A stretch of DNA of 64,000 nucleotides, from positions 11,966,001 through 12,030,000 of the forward strand of contig OU015568.1 of NCBI GenBank assembly GCA_907165135.1. The letters are read 5' to 3'. Source of the stretch: Oikopleura dioica (lineage: Eukaryota; Animalia; Chordata). Both the position numbers and the translations under genes were made by a program. Positions 25,401-38,254 of this stretch are shown piece after piece. Each line of letters starts with the position of its first letter. Positions within the stretch are counted from its first letter, which is position 1. Under the pieces are notes generated by a model, which ran no database searches, was not told where the DNA came from, and saw only the letters and a list, made by a program, of their open reading frames with translations.

Positions 25401-28400
25401 GGTGGTCTTCCAAAAGTGTCTGCAAATTTTTGGATCTCCCTGTCATTCGGTACTTCTAACACAAGCGTTTGTACAATTGAGCTGAGGCGCATGTCAACTT
25501 GGCCACGGTTAGGGTTCGAAGTGATGATGAATTTGAATTTTTCAATCGAAACGAACTCACGCTCATCGTTGTAAAACCCACCACGGGAAATGAGTTGAGT
25601 CATGAAAGCGTAGAGCATGTTCGTACCCCATTTGTCCTTCTGTGGAATGTTGACTCCGCGGACGAGAATAATCGCTTGATCAAAACCCTTTGGTCGGATG
25701 ACGCGTCCGTTTTTACCCTGGCCGATTATACCGACAGATTCAATTAAGTTCACAAGCTCAGTGGGGATTGACATACTTGAGCAATTCATCTCAACGAAAT
25801 TACATGAAGGGAATTGACCCTGACAGTATTTGACAAGCAAACTTTTTCCGCAACCATCATTTCCAAGCAATGATACGCCTCTGACACCAGAGTGGATCCA
25901 GTGCTTCAAGCTCTCGGCATTTGCAAGCAGAGACTTTGTGGCGACAATTTCGCTATCATGAGATGGAGTTGGTGCCTGTAGGTTGCCATCCTTGTCGATC
26001 GCCATCGTAAGATCGGCTGCGAGACCAATTTCTTTGTATACTTTTTCAGCAAGTTTTTGTCGACCAGCGACGGAAAGACCGCTCGAGATATTCTTAAAGC
26101 CAGCGATGACAAACTTTTCTTTTGTCACATCACTCCAATCCTGATATCGAACTGCATCAAGCAACCTTATCAGCTTGCTTCGGCGGGAGATTACATGCTC
26201 AGGATGTTGTTCGATCCAGTTTATACCACGAAGAAGAATCGCTTTAGTCCATTGAGTCGCATCGGTTTTCACTGACTCAGATGGTGATAATTTACTGATG
26301 ACAGTAGAAGCGATCTTGAAACTGTCAATTTCTTCAGTCGAAAGGAAAATAACTCCCATTCGAGAAATAGTAGCTGGTGATGCATGCCGGAGATCCGCGG
26401 TTTCGAACAAAAAGTTTACATTATTACCGAACTGAATTCGCTCTCCATTTGGAAGGGTAAGCAAGCGATTATCGTCAAGCACTGAATTTAGCGCCTCGAT
26501 CCAGTCAGGGTCGATCTCACCATCGCAAATGATCCAATGATGATGCTCAAGTTCTCTGTTGACCTGCCGAGCAGCAGCTGTCAGAATACCATCTGTCCAT
26601 TCTCTCGTGTCCGGGTCCATTTTACCCAGTAAGCGTTCACGAGAAACCGCCTTTGGATTCATGTAATGGATCTTTAGCGAGCCTTTTTCGGCAGCAAACG
26701 CGTCGCCCAAGGTTCTCCAAAGGACCGATTTGCCACTTGATGGTGGTCCGCAGACGACAACACCAATTCTTTGTTCGAGCTGTTCGCTGAGCTCTAAGCA
26801 TTTTCTCGCAAATTCAGGATAGAAATATATTCCATCCGAATCGCACACTTTTTTAATGTTTTGTTCCATTGTGGAATCGGAGAGTTTCTTATTTTTGACC
26901 TCCGGAAAGACCCGTTGAATCAGGAAATCAAACTGGACAAGATCACTGAAAGTCAGCTTTGAGGTTGTGTTGATACTGACAGCGCGAACAGCGATTTCTT
27001 TCTCGTCGATTGCTCCTCCCATAGAGGCCCTTGATCTAAGCATCTTTCCAGCAGTATTGAGAACAGTTTTCAATGCTCGAAGGCCCCAGTCGTAGTGCTG
27101 GTGCTTTTCGAGTAAATCGCGGCAGAGAAGGAAGAGCTTGACGAGTCGTTGGCCAATGATCTCCTCTTGAAATCCTTCAGCAAAAAGCATGACGGTCGCG
27201 ATTGTTGTTATGTCAGGTTTGGACATTGCCACAGGTCTAAATAGCGCCTTGAGGTTATCTGGCAGCTTTCGTCGCCCACCGTAACCTTTTCCCGCTGGAT
27301 TGAGCGTGACAAAGATAGCGGTGTGTGAGGAGAGTTCGTTGTCAATATTTTGGAGCGTAACTGCCTTTGCTTTTGTCATTAGTGCAGTTTGTATGCCTTG
27401 AATGTCCATTGACACTGCTGAGAGGACAATTTCACTCAATCGGTTGAACTCATCAAAGCATCCCCAAGCACCGCTTCTACACAAGCCCATGAAAATTCTA
27501 CCCATGCTTTTCACATCAAGACCTTCGTCACAGTTGAAAACGAGTACATGCCGGCCAAGAAGGGATCCAAGCTCTTTTACAGATTCGGTCTTTCCCGTGC
27601 CAGCTGGGCCGTAAGGATTTCCACCGAGTCCAAGACTCAGAGCTTGAGTCAGAGTAAGGAAACATTTATCGGTCAATGAGGTGTGAACAAGTCGATTTGG
27701 AATGCCTTGATACTCCCATGAATACTCTTGCACCGAGTCGATCATTTGGCCGATCACGTTTCCTCCCTTTGAGTAGAAACGGAGCTGCTTGAGCCAGACC
27801 CAATCGTCAACACTTCTGCATTTCTCATCCGTCATCTGCTTAACAACATCTCGGTGATGCACTGCATCCAAAATCAGAGCAGTCAGTCGCGCCATTGAGA
27901 CCTGGTCATGTTCATCTTTCTGCGACGCAAGCTGGTGAATGAGCTCAACCATTTCCGTGTTCAGCTTTGAAAGTGAGCCAGATGAGATTGCTTTTTCGGC
28001 TTTTGCACAAAAGTCAATCTGATTTCTCAAACATTCTATTTGTGCTGGCGCAGCGCCTTTTCCGCGAAGGTATCCTTTGAGAACGTCCTTCGCAAGAGCA
28101 TCAACCTGGCCAAGCCAGTTTTCCGGATTATCATCTATCGTCACATTCCTGGAAAGATTGACCTTCTCTCCTCCGAGCGATTTTATTCCCATCACATGTG
28201 ATTCATCTTGTATCTCGAGGGCAGCGATTCCAGCGAACAGTTTTCTCAGATGAGTTTGAATCGATAAAGGTCGGCCGAGAATCTCAAGAAGATCATCATC
28301 TCCCAAGAAAAAGAACTTCGAGAATGAGTTTCGCTTTTCCTCCAAAAATGAGCTCAATGCTCGCTGGGATGCTTGAAGCTTTTGCAAGATTCGTTCAAGA

Positions 28401-31400
28401 TTGTCTACTAGACCGCTTGTCGTTGAAAATGAAACAGCTGTTTTCATGTGAAATGCTTGTGATAGAAGTGAGACGATGTTGCTGTGAGTCGACATAAACT
28501 GGGATTTTTCTGTTGCAAAGACGCCTTTGCAAAAGACTGGTTCCAGATAGAGCCATTTTCGTTGAATCTCGCAAAAAACTGAGATGACTTGATTGGTCGT
28601 TGACAATTTTTTTCTCCCAAAGAGCGATGGCATCGGTGAAATTTATTGAGTGAGGTGATTCTTTGAGTGTCGAAATGAGGCGTTCTTGATCACCAAGCTC
28701 TCCAAGAAGATCACTCCAGTCTTTGATCAATTGGACTTGCTTTCCAGTACTGTCACGAGCTTCCAAAATGGAGAACTCCGTACTGCCAGCCCATAGTTCC
28801 ACTTCCGCCAGTGATTCACGAATGGATATCTCAACATGTGCACGCTCGTTGATTCGCTTGAGCTTTTCTTGAATAGAAGTGTCATTGAGTTCCTTCGACT
28901 TTTGCAGTAGCGACGATAGTTGAAGCTTGTCAACTGATGTCCCCCCGTTCAATTCCTATCGTACGAAAGAGCTCGAGCCAATGATCAGTGGAGAAAGAGT
29001 CGCCTCGGCAAAGTGCCAACGCTGGAACGCATTGAAGCCAGCCTCGGAGACGTTCTTTGAGCCGCGTTTGCATTAGAGTCGGAGTTCCACTGGGATTCGT
29101 AAGTTCCTCGTCGAGCCATTTTTGACCAAGCTCTTGGAACTCGTGCATTCTGGATTTTACTTGCACCCATTCTGCATTTGTAAAAATCCCAAAGGCTTCC
29201 TCGAACTTTCCTATAAGACTCCAGTTCGATTCGTACTCTTCTATTTCACTCTTGAGTTGATTATATACGTCAAGTTGCATCGCTTCGAGTTCAAATATCT
29301 CCAGCTGTTTGTTCATTTGTTCAATCTCTTCATTCAGCGCTCTCATCTCCTCTGCCTTTTCGTTGATAAATGATGATATATTTTTGATTTTGGCATTATC
29401 GCTTAGAGAGTCGACCGTATCAGAAGGCTTGCCAGAGTTCCATTTTGCGAGTACAGCTTCAATTCGTCCTGAAAGTGTTTTCTTTTGCTCAAGTGTCGTC
29501 GATTTTAGTTGTTCGATTTTGTCCTCAGTTGATGCTTCGTATGAGTCTATAATAATGCCGAAGCCTTCCCAGTCTGACTGTAAGCTGCCAATATAAATTT
29601 CTTCGCGTGTAATATTCTGATGTAACTTTATTAGCTCCTTCATCTCCTCATATTTCTTTTTCATTGCGCTGGATAATTGCTTCGTAATTTCGTGATACTT
29701 TATTTGTTGCTGCGTGATATCGTCAATACTGTTTACTCTTGCTGTAAGTGCTTCTTTTGACTCTGATATAAATTTGCTCAGCTCTTTGCTTTCTTCTAAG
29801 ACTAGGTTTCTGATAGAGATACACAACTCGTTGTAGCATCGGGTGAGGAGCCCATCGACTTGTCGCTTGAATTGTGTTAAAGATACTGTGATACAGTCAT
29901 GTTTTATGATCTCAGGTAGCTTTTCTGCTTCTTTGCCTTTTTGCTTGATTTCTCGGAGAGCTTCCTCGAAGTCATTTACGCTTTTCAGAGGAGCAAATAT
30001 CGCATCCAAGTCGACAATGGCTGGGCAAATCCACTCGGCATGATTTTCTAAGATCGACTCGACTTGATGGAAAATGCCATCTGCTCTCTCATAAGCTGGA
30101 ACAAGCGCATCAGCGTTTGCAAGAGCGATTTTGGGAAAAGATCGCGCTCTGGACCAAGTCCACGGAAGGATTGGGGAAGATTTGTGATTCTCTTGATGTG
30201 GCTGTAAAATCGGGCCCGAGCGGTTTCTAGATCAGGTCTGAAGCAAAGCCCGGCTCCGTTGAAGATGAGGTCGAGTCTGATCTCCGGTAGACGGTCAACC
30301 AGAGTTTGCAAGCTGTATTTATAATGCACGTCGATGACTTTATACAGCTGCCGATCCCAGTGAATAAGCCATGCCTCGCACTGATCTTCGCCGTATACAA
30401 CTCTGACGTTTTCGACTTTCTCGCGCAACCGGCTGATTATTCCTTTCCATTTCTCTTCTTGTCGGATTAAATCAGTGTTGAGCAATTCTAGCACAAGCTT
30501 CTTCAGTTCAATATGTTTCTGAGTTATTTGATCATTTGCTGTTTTGAATTCTTCGGAGCAGGCTTGTAGCGAGCGGGCGAATTTCTCCAGCTCATCTGGA
30601 TTCTCCCATTTCATTTGCTTCTCGTTTCTTGCTATGTTCTTAATGAGAGCTTCGAACTCAATCGCTTTCTTTAACAGCATCGGCTTCGTCGAGGGGATCA
30701 TCTTGCTGCCAATCGTGTTGTAGAAACTCGCGACTTGTTGGAGCAAAACACCCGCTCGATAAAAACGCGCTGCTTTTCGGCAATTTTGTTGCACCTTCAT
30801 ATTCACTGGGAGTCTAAGCGCATGGATTTGCTTGACCTCGCATAGTAGCGATTCCCAGCGATCCGAGAACGAGAGCTCGAGCTTCTTTGTATTTTCGTTA
30901 AAGTGAAAAACATCCGACTTTTGGTCGAAATCGATGATCATATCGTCGGTTTCATCCTGAATATCTTCTTGCCACTGATGAAACAACTCCAGCCTCCGTG
31001 CATGTTCTTTTTGGTGGCGTTCTTTAGCACGAGTAGCAATTGATTCCGAGTGAACGGCTTCTCCAAGTTTATGAATGTTCCTCGCGATGCCCTCTTGCCA
31101 GAATGAATATATCATCTTCTTGATTGGGTTAAGATCTTCGGTTTTGTCTTCCATCGTCGCTTCCAGCGCAATTTCTAGCTTCTCCGCTACTGCTGCTCTT
31201 CGGTCGGGCATGTATCTCAGAATCGAGGTGCATTGACTGCATCTACTAACGATTTGCGTTGGCGATTTCGATTGATCGAGCATTTTTCTGACGAAATCGT
31301 CTAGTTCCGATCCATATCGCTCGATGAGGCTCTTCCCGATCTTTTCAGCAGACGCTTCTGGATTACTGACGTCTACTCTTGGAACAACAAGAGCTTTTCC

Positions 31401-32096
31401 AGTGACGCTATTAATCGTGTCCACTAACTCGCGCACAGCGGACACGTGACGACAGGACTGGATAAAAGTCTTGCTCTGCGCTGCGTTTTCAGTTCCCTGG
31501 GCGCCGATAACTTTTACAAGCTTCTCCAGGACTTCAAAAAGCTCATCTCCAGCGCCGTCGATGAATATGTTGCTCGCAGATTCGACGTATAGCGCGTCAG
31601 TGTATCTTAGAATTTGGTCCTTTTTCGAATCGGACTTTACTGAGCCAAGAGTTTCAGAGAGAAAAGTCAAGCCAGCTAGAAGCTCAGAAACACTCGACAT
31701 TCCCTCTAAGTTCTTGACGAGTGCTCGACCTCTCGAGCCCAGTTCCAAAATTTCAGCTTCAAGAGCAGCACTGGTCGCACGACCGAGGGGAAGATAGGAG
31801 ACTTCTTCATTTTGTGTGAATGTCTGAAAGCTGAGAGACGTCGGGTTATCGCTCAAATTAACTCCTTGTGGTTTTGTGAAAACGATCGCCTTCGCGCCAG
31901 ATGGAAGAATATGTGTTGAATCAACCACTTGGACGGTGTCGCCAAGTTTTGTAACAATAAGTTGTTCCTTATTAAAATTATCGAAAAAGACAATAAACAG
32001 TCAATTTACCTGAGCTCCGTTAACGAACTCATCAAATTTCGAAGAATCACACTTTGAAGTGAAAAAGCTCTTTACAATCGTCTCTACCACGTTCAT
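13432..32096 (-). CDS. DYNC2H1: Cytoplasmic dynein-2 heavy chain (IFT dynein); interrupted by an LTR retrotransposon and four single-base frameshifts in this assembly
   Basis: AAA1 GNPYGPAGTGKTE/WGCFDEFNRL, AAA2 GPPSSGKS, AAA3 GNDGCGKS, AAA4 GPSGSGRR, stalk LRAPPEVIRDILEGVL and C-terminus WLLSGAALFL are dynein-2 type. Confidence 0.93.
14213..14395 (+). repeat. 5' LTR (183 bp; lacks 73 bp present in the 3' LTR)
   Basis: TATTGGGATC...GATCCCTTCA; matches the 3' LTR apart from the gap. Confidence 0.93.
14397..14407 (+). other. Primer-binding site TGGTATCAGAG (initiator tRNA-Met type)
   Basis: Starts 1 nt after the 5' LTR; classic iMet-type PBS. Confidence 0.8.
14912..20064 (+). CDS. Gag-Pol polyprotein (one frameshift at ~18380 before the integrase zinc finger)
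   Basis: Protease VDSGAE, RT DLRSGYWQ/YIDD, RNase H YTDAS...TDHRSL...FADFMSR, IN AHDLSGH...CVPC and DDE core (IDF...HSDRGTHF...AERANR). Confidence 0.93.
20374..20629 (+). repeat. 3' LTR (256 bp), preceded by a short G-run PPT (CATGGGGGG, 20365-20373)
   Basis: Direct repeat of 14213-14395 with an extra segment at 20458-20530. Confidence 0.93.
22129..22442. mobile_element. Foldback MITE forming an entire DYNC2H1 intron (PIF/Harbinger-like ends)
   Basis: Perfect 35-bp TIR GGTGGGTTTCAAAATTACCGGGGCAAAACTACTTT with imperfect symmetry continuing towards the centre; flanks TTA/TTG. Confidence 0.9.
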
Positions 32097-32297
32097 AATG
32101 ATCTCATATTTTTTTTGTATTTCTTAAAGATAAATTGATGCTCACAACATAATCTAGAATGATCTCAACTTTTTGCTCTATTTGCAAATTTTCATTTTGA
32201 AATTGAGATCAAGGAAGAGTAGTTATTAGGAATAAATAACATTTATTCATTAGCAAGTAGAAAAGAAAAAATACAGAAGGATAAAATAGTAACTTGC

Positions 32298-33794
32298 CTA
32301 ATTTGAATTTGAATGAATTTCGCACCACCTAGAGTCATGCTCACAATATTTCTTTATAAAATTTAATTGGAACTTATCAAGAGCCGTGGTCTGCAAAAGC
32401 AGCTCGCGTTGAGCACTGGGCGAGACGAGCTCGAAATTTCCGCGGTACAGCATTTCGGACGTTAATTGATTGACAGTATTGATTTGAGAAGGCGTTAGGC
32501 AATTTAGACAGAAAGGGTTTTTGTGGCAGTCGAGATTTGAGTCATTGTGACAGAAGGAAACCTCCCATGTCGCTGGGAGAAAAGTTGACGTCAGGCCGAC
32601 GAGTTGAAACATGTTTTGCAGTACCGATTCGTATATTGGGGCGTTCGGAGGATGCGCTTAATTTTTCATTATTGAAAGGCAAAGAATTACTTAGAACTTA
32701 CATTGGCTTGATAAATTTGGCGACATGTTAACCTCAAGAAGAAAGATGTTTGAATCTTCGTCGATCACAAAGTCCATTCGGAACATTTCGAACATCTGCC
32801 CCTCCTTCACCTGATAGTTCTTATAAACATTGAGAATTTTCTCCCTTTGGAGCTCCCAGACTTGCGCTACTGCTTCTTTGAACTTATTTTGAAACTCATC
32901 GATATTCTTTCCAGAGGCCTTCATGTGGCGCAAGAGAGCTTGCTTCATCGACGAACCGTTCTCCATGTAGGCGTTGAGAGTTGGAATGTCCCAGATGGTT
33001 GTGTAATCGTCGCCCACAACATAGCTATCGACATTGTTCGGGTCAAAAGGCTCGTATTCATCCTTGCAAAAGCGAATGAGCCACTCAGACTGGAGCATGT
33101 AAACTCGAAGTGGGTCAATTGAAGTGACAACAGTGTAAATTCCAATATCGAACTTTTTCTTGTCAATAATCATCGGTGGCTCGACCAGTCGCTGAACGAA
33201 CTGCTCCTTCGTTGATCGCAGTTTTAAGAAGTCTTTTGCTTCGACGATCTTTATATTGCGATGCTTGCCACTTTTAACGACCCAATGTCCTTCAGGATTA
33301 GCTTTGGCGTATTCGTTGAACTTGTTGAATTGAGAGGGTAGCTCAAAAGCAGTCGGCATGTATTTATAATTGGTAAGTTTGGAGAGGGCCTGCTTGCTGG
33401 AGACCCAACCAGTTCCAGGGATTTTGTTGACTCTGAGGCCGGCCGGAAGGGTTTTGAGAAAGTTGCCGTAGTATTTTCTTGGAGGTTCACCAAAGGGATA
33501 CAGATGGCTCCATAAGACGGACCAGGAGTCAGGATCGTAGCTTCTTGAGAATCCTGCCCGCTCGAAAACCTAGAAAATAAGCCTTATCAACATTCATTAT
33601 TCCTCATTCCATACCTTGATAACATGGCTTAAATATCCAGCATCAACATGATCTCCCGACAAATAATACGTCTTTGAACACTCTTTTGGGTTTAATTTCT
33701 GAACTGCACTCAAAATCTCCACTTGGGAGGTAAAAAACAACACCACGAAAAGAAGCGCCCCAGCAGCGGCGACATATCTGGTTCGGAGTCTCAT
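32298..33794 (-). CDS. Tubulin-tyrosine-ligase-like ATP-grasp protein of the TTLL15 type with an N-terminal signal anchor
   Basis: WVVKSGKHRNI, FVQRLVEPPMIIDKKKFDIGIY, FEMFRMDFVID...LLEVNMSPNL; N-terminus YVAAAGALLFVVLFF. Confidence 0.85.
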
Positions 33795-34061
33795 TTTGTT
33801 TTGTGAAAATTCAAACGCATTTTTTGGAGCGGCGCTGAACTTTCGATGATCTAGCGCTCTTAAAACACAAAAGGTTATTTGGATTGACTCGGTAGTTTAT
33901 TTTTGCTTTTTCATGAAGAGTTTTTTGATGAACAAAGGAGGAGTTAAGAGGGAGAGCCAGTTTTAGCTGGCTCAACTTGAGTTTAAGAACAGGCTAATTG
34001 CAAATGACAAGACTACAGTCTTATTACTGAATAAATATTGTACACCCGGGGCATCGATCGT

Positions 34062-34735
34062 TTACTCAGCCTTGCTGTAAGCAGCCATGCCGAGGGTGAG
34101 GACAACAGCGAGGCCGATGGCGGCGTAACCGGTCTAAAACTGGTTAATAACCACACCTTTTTGAAATACTTACCTGGTAGAGGACGCCGACATTCCTGAT
34201 GCCAACGGCGAAGATGTCCCAGGACCAATGTCGGAAGCCGAGGAGGATGTGGAACCAAAGTGGGAAGAGGAGGCCCATCTTGAGGGCGAAGATGCCGAAA
34301 CCGTTTCCATTAGCTCGGGCCTCAGCGCTGAAATAAGAGTTGAAGGAAAGCTTGGGATCGCAGAACTTTACCCGAAGGTGGCGATGTCAGATGCGAGCGA
34401 GCCAGAGCTAAAGATGTCCAAAATTGGAAGAAGAAGGAAAGCACCAACGAGGGCAAAGGCAAAGATTCGGTTGAGGGCCGACATGGTCATTGGAATCGAC
34501 CAGCTGTAGATCGTGAGATGAGGGGACATGGGTCGACCTGAGAAAGTTTCAACAATTCTTTCGGAAGAGACTTACCGAGTTTCTTGTTGGTAGCGAGCCA
34601 GTCGTCAACCTGAGCCTGGGCAGACTTGATGTCATTTTGGGGCTTGGCGACGTTGTACTGGATCTTGCTGGTGAGCTGAGAGCTTGAGCTCAAGAATCGG
34701 GTGTTGACAGATCGAGTGCAAAGCCTGGCCAACAT
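34062..34735 (-). CDS. SDHC: Succinate dehydrogenase cytochrome b560 subunit, 4 exons
   Basis: Spliced product contains GRPMSPHLTIYSWSIPM and FPLWFHILLGFRHWSWD, plus a mitochondrial-type presequence. Confidence 0.93.
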
Positions 34736-34822
34736 TCTTAAAATCATGATCTTTACTGACTGAAAAGTTTTATCCTTTAGTTATAAAAATACAATACAGA
34801 ATAGTAAACGAATATACATGTG

Positions 34823-37132
34823 CTACCACTTTTGACTGAATAATAGCTTTGTATCAGATTTATCAAGCGTTTTATTATCATCATAGCCGGCGAGATTTTC
34901 AAGATGGACACGTTTTTTCTCTTGCTTCAGTTTTTCTTCTGCTCGTGCTCGAGCCATGGCCAGGGCTTTTTTACGCTTAAGTTGCTCGATTAGAAGCTCT
35001 CTGGAGGATTTCGTCAGATCAACAACTTCATCTTCAGAATCCTCATCATCGTCTTCTTCATCGTCGTCTTTGGAGGAGCTTTCGCTAGAAATCTCGTGTA
35101 CCATCGCAGCTATTTTTGCGGCTTTCTCTTTTATCGCTTTTTCGCGAGCTTTTTTCTCCTTGAGCCGTTTAAGTTCTTCAGCGAAATCTTCACGGACTTC
35201 CGTTCTTGAAGATTTAGAGGTCTCCTTTTCCGATGATTTTCTCAACTGGTCCTCAAAAAGTTGCGCGTTTCTCGCCTTTTTCTCTTCTTCAGCCTCTTTT
35301 GCAAGTTTTTCCGCTCGCTCACGATCTTCTTTTTCTTTCGCTTTTTTCTCTTTCAGTCGTTTTAGTTCTGCTTCAAATTTTGGATCGATTGCATTTGATG
35401 ATTTTTTATGCGTGGATGATTTTTTAGATGACGAAGGTTCATAAATTAGCGTGTCAAAGAGTTTTTCATTTTGTGCGCGTTTATCAATTGGGCTAGCTGG
35501 GCGTTTTCGGGCGGAAGTTCTCTCCGGCGATGGAGGATAAGTTGGAATAGGTTTTTTCTTCTTTCCGAAGGCATTATTTTGCGCTTTGAGCATTTCTTCT
35601 CGAAAAATGTCTTCGTGGCTTTTTGTCGGCGTGTAAGTTGTATTTTGAGGAGGCTGAGGAGTATTTCCAGCTTCTTTTTGCGCTCTTTTGGCTTTGAGTT
35701 GTTCGCGGAATTTCCTCTTGATCTCTTCATTTGATTGTTGAGCGCTGCTCATGGCAGGTTTCGATGGCGCGGGGTTTGGTGCTTGAGCTTCCCAGGTTTT
35801 ACCAGCAGGGAACTTCGGTTGGTATGTTTCTTGTGGACGCTCTTTTGGCTTCTTGGCCTCCTTCTTTTTAGCACTCTGAGCGCGGAACATCCGGACGAGG
35901 TCTTCATCGTCCTCCGCAAAGTCCCCCTTTGAAGATGTTTTTGGGCCATCATCATCTTTCAAAAAAATATTTACCAATAGAGAGAAGGTAAACTCACCGA
36001 TTTCAATAGTTTCATCGGCATGAGGTGACTTTGAGCGTGGCTGTGGACCAAAATTAGGTCCCCTCGGTTCATCGTCATCGATAACGATTGGATTCTTGGT
36101 CGTACCGAAAGAAGTTCCCATGTCATTGATGATGATAACCTCCTAAAGATGTTTAAAGTTTAAACCCAATTGCGAGAAGATTTTAGCTTACATCGTCAAC
36201 AAATGATGGTTTCTTCCCAACGCCAAATCCGATATCCGGCTCGGGCTCCAGATTTGGATCGAACTTTGGCTGATTTTTCTTCTTTCTTTCGTCGCCCTAG
36301 AAAAAAAAGTAAAGCCTTACTTAATAGAGCATTCTCACGTCATAGTAAGAGCTAGGCGGAGCAAACTCAGTTTGAGGCCGCTTTGTGATCCACTGAACGC
36401 GAATCGGCATCGGCTTGAACTGCTTGCAACGCTTTTCAGCAACCAACGCCGTCTTGGAATCTTGAAACTCGGCAATAAAAACGCCTGGTGGCGCATTTGG
36501 CGGAGCCTGAATGTTCAGCGCCCACAGAAGACTCCGCAAGTTTCCGATGCTCATTTTAAAGCTTGGGTCCACCATGAGTTTCAACTTTGCCATTGTTCGT
36601 TGATATTTCGCCCGTTGATCGCCCTTCCAGTCGTTTAGGAGATCTTCGCGGTACTTTTGGGCTCGCTTTTTCCTGGAGACATCTTGGGCAGTTTGACGGG
36701 CGGCGAATTTGTTTTTAATCCATTGAGTGTAGTAAGCTTCGCCTCGATTTAGAGCGTCCCATTCTTCCTCGTCTGCACGAGCTTGGTTCACTCCTTTAGG
36801 ACCCGCCATATGATTGTACTACATAAGAAAGCTTAAGTGGAAGAGATAGAGAGATCTTCAAGTACCTGTGCCGAAAAAGCAGCATATCTTTGCCTGTCCC
36901 TCTCCGCTTGAACACGCTGATTATCGTATTCTGTCCTCTTCCCTTGGTCCTTCAGAAAGTCAAACGCTTCCTTGAGTTTGATAAAGTTCTCCTTCGCCTT
37001 TGGATCATTCGGATTTTTATCTGGATGCTTCTCCTTTGCAAGTTTTCTGTAAGCCTTGACGATATCTTTTTCCGTCGCTGCCTGGGTCACCCCAAGAGCT
37101 GCGTAGTAGTCTGGCTGCGATTTCGAATTCAT
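34823..37132 (-). CDS. DNAJC17: DNAJC17/Cwc23-like J-domain + RRM-like protein with a long C-terminal extension
   Basis: J domain DYYAALGV...HPDKNPNDPKA, then KYREDL, then RRM-like FIAEF...IRVQWI. In-frame GT-AG joins continue into ORF 34823-36121. Confidence 0.75.
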
Positions 37133-37363
37133 CTGAGAAAAGAAATAGATTTTGATAGAGTTTTTGAGGCACAAATTGAATACAGTATCAAAGACAGAAA
37201 AAATGGAGTAAACTGAAACTGAAGAAGATAAACGCTGCGGAAGAGACATTTTAGATAAGTTTTTTTCGCGACTTCGTTGATTAGAACAAATTATTCATCA
37301 TAATTTTCGTATTGAACAAAAATACTCTTCCTTGATTTCAAGGATCTTTGAGGGTTATTTCTT

Positions 37364-38064
37364 TTAGGCTGATCGAATGAGAAGAATGGTCATCATGCCG
37401 AGCACATAGGCGGCTATCAGTCGCTGAGCTTCGGTGAATTCTGGCAGATAATTTGACTGTGAAAGGACAGCGATACAAATCGACACTAAAAATAAGCTAC
37501 CAGGGATGCTCTACGGAAAAAATTTTGTACCGAAAAACATGTAGTAAAAATGGTTTTGGTCGGTTTTCACTTGAACTGCGGGTGTTTCTGAAACCCGCGG
37601 CACAGGGCGCGGCTCTGGCGGCTTATCGTCGTCCAATATTAAATTCACGTTTTTCGCGTTTCGTCTGCTTTTATCTGTCATCGAGTAAAACTCAACCCTA
37701 GTACAGTTTCAGAAGAAAACAAAAAAGGATTCCTACCTGAGCTTTTCTTCCGAAGAAAGTGTCAATTTCCTGGCTCTGACTGCGATGTCGATTCGTTTGT
37801 TCGGCTCAATTTCACCTTTTGAAGGCGAAATTTGAAAGCCATCTTTCGATGTACAAAGCATCTTCGGGAAGTTGTTTCATTGGGAACTGGAAATGAAACT
37901 GTACCTTGTATTTAACCGGCTCATCGTTTGCATTGAAGAGGGTCAGGATCTGTTTTGATTCTGAAGGCGAAAAGCGCAAGGCAGGTGGCAGTACTGCGAC
38001 TGTAAAAATTCATGAAAAAATGAGGAGAATTCTCATTTTCGTTTTCTCTACCTGATAGATTCAT
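37364..38064 (-). CDS. Motile sperm domain (MSP) protein MOSPD1/3-like
   Basis: KQILTLFN..., PSKGEIEPNKRIDIAVR and C-terminal QRLIAAYVLGMMTILLIR. Confidence 0.85.
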
Positions 38065-38254
38065 TCTAAAAAATTGGAAAAATTAAAGATACTTTTTTAT
38101 AAAAAAATATATTTTAACAAAAATTTGAAAATAGACTTTGTGTCAAATAGTCAAAAAGACAAAGGGAGATACAAAAACAGGTAGAGAGTAATAAATATAT
38201 AAAAATAGAGAGAGAAGATCTTTGGATCACAAGATGGCTCTTTTTCCGACGGGA

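Noticed and set aside
34956-35444. Long antisense ORFs here and at 23452-24021, 55275-55853 and 61637-61999
   Set aside because: Shadow frames of charged or coiled-coil coding sequence on the opposite strand.
37500-37700. hAT-like ends CAGGGATG...CAACCCTA with an internal hairpin
   Set aside because: The region translates as an in-frame MOSPD1 exon and has no 8-bp TSD.
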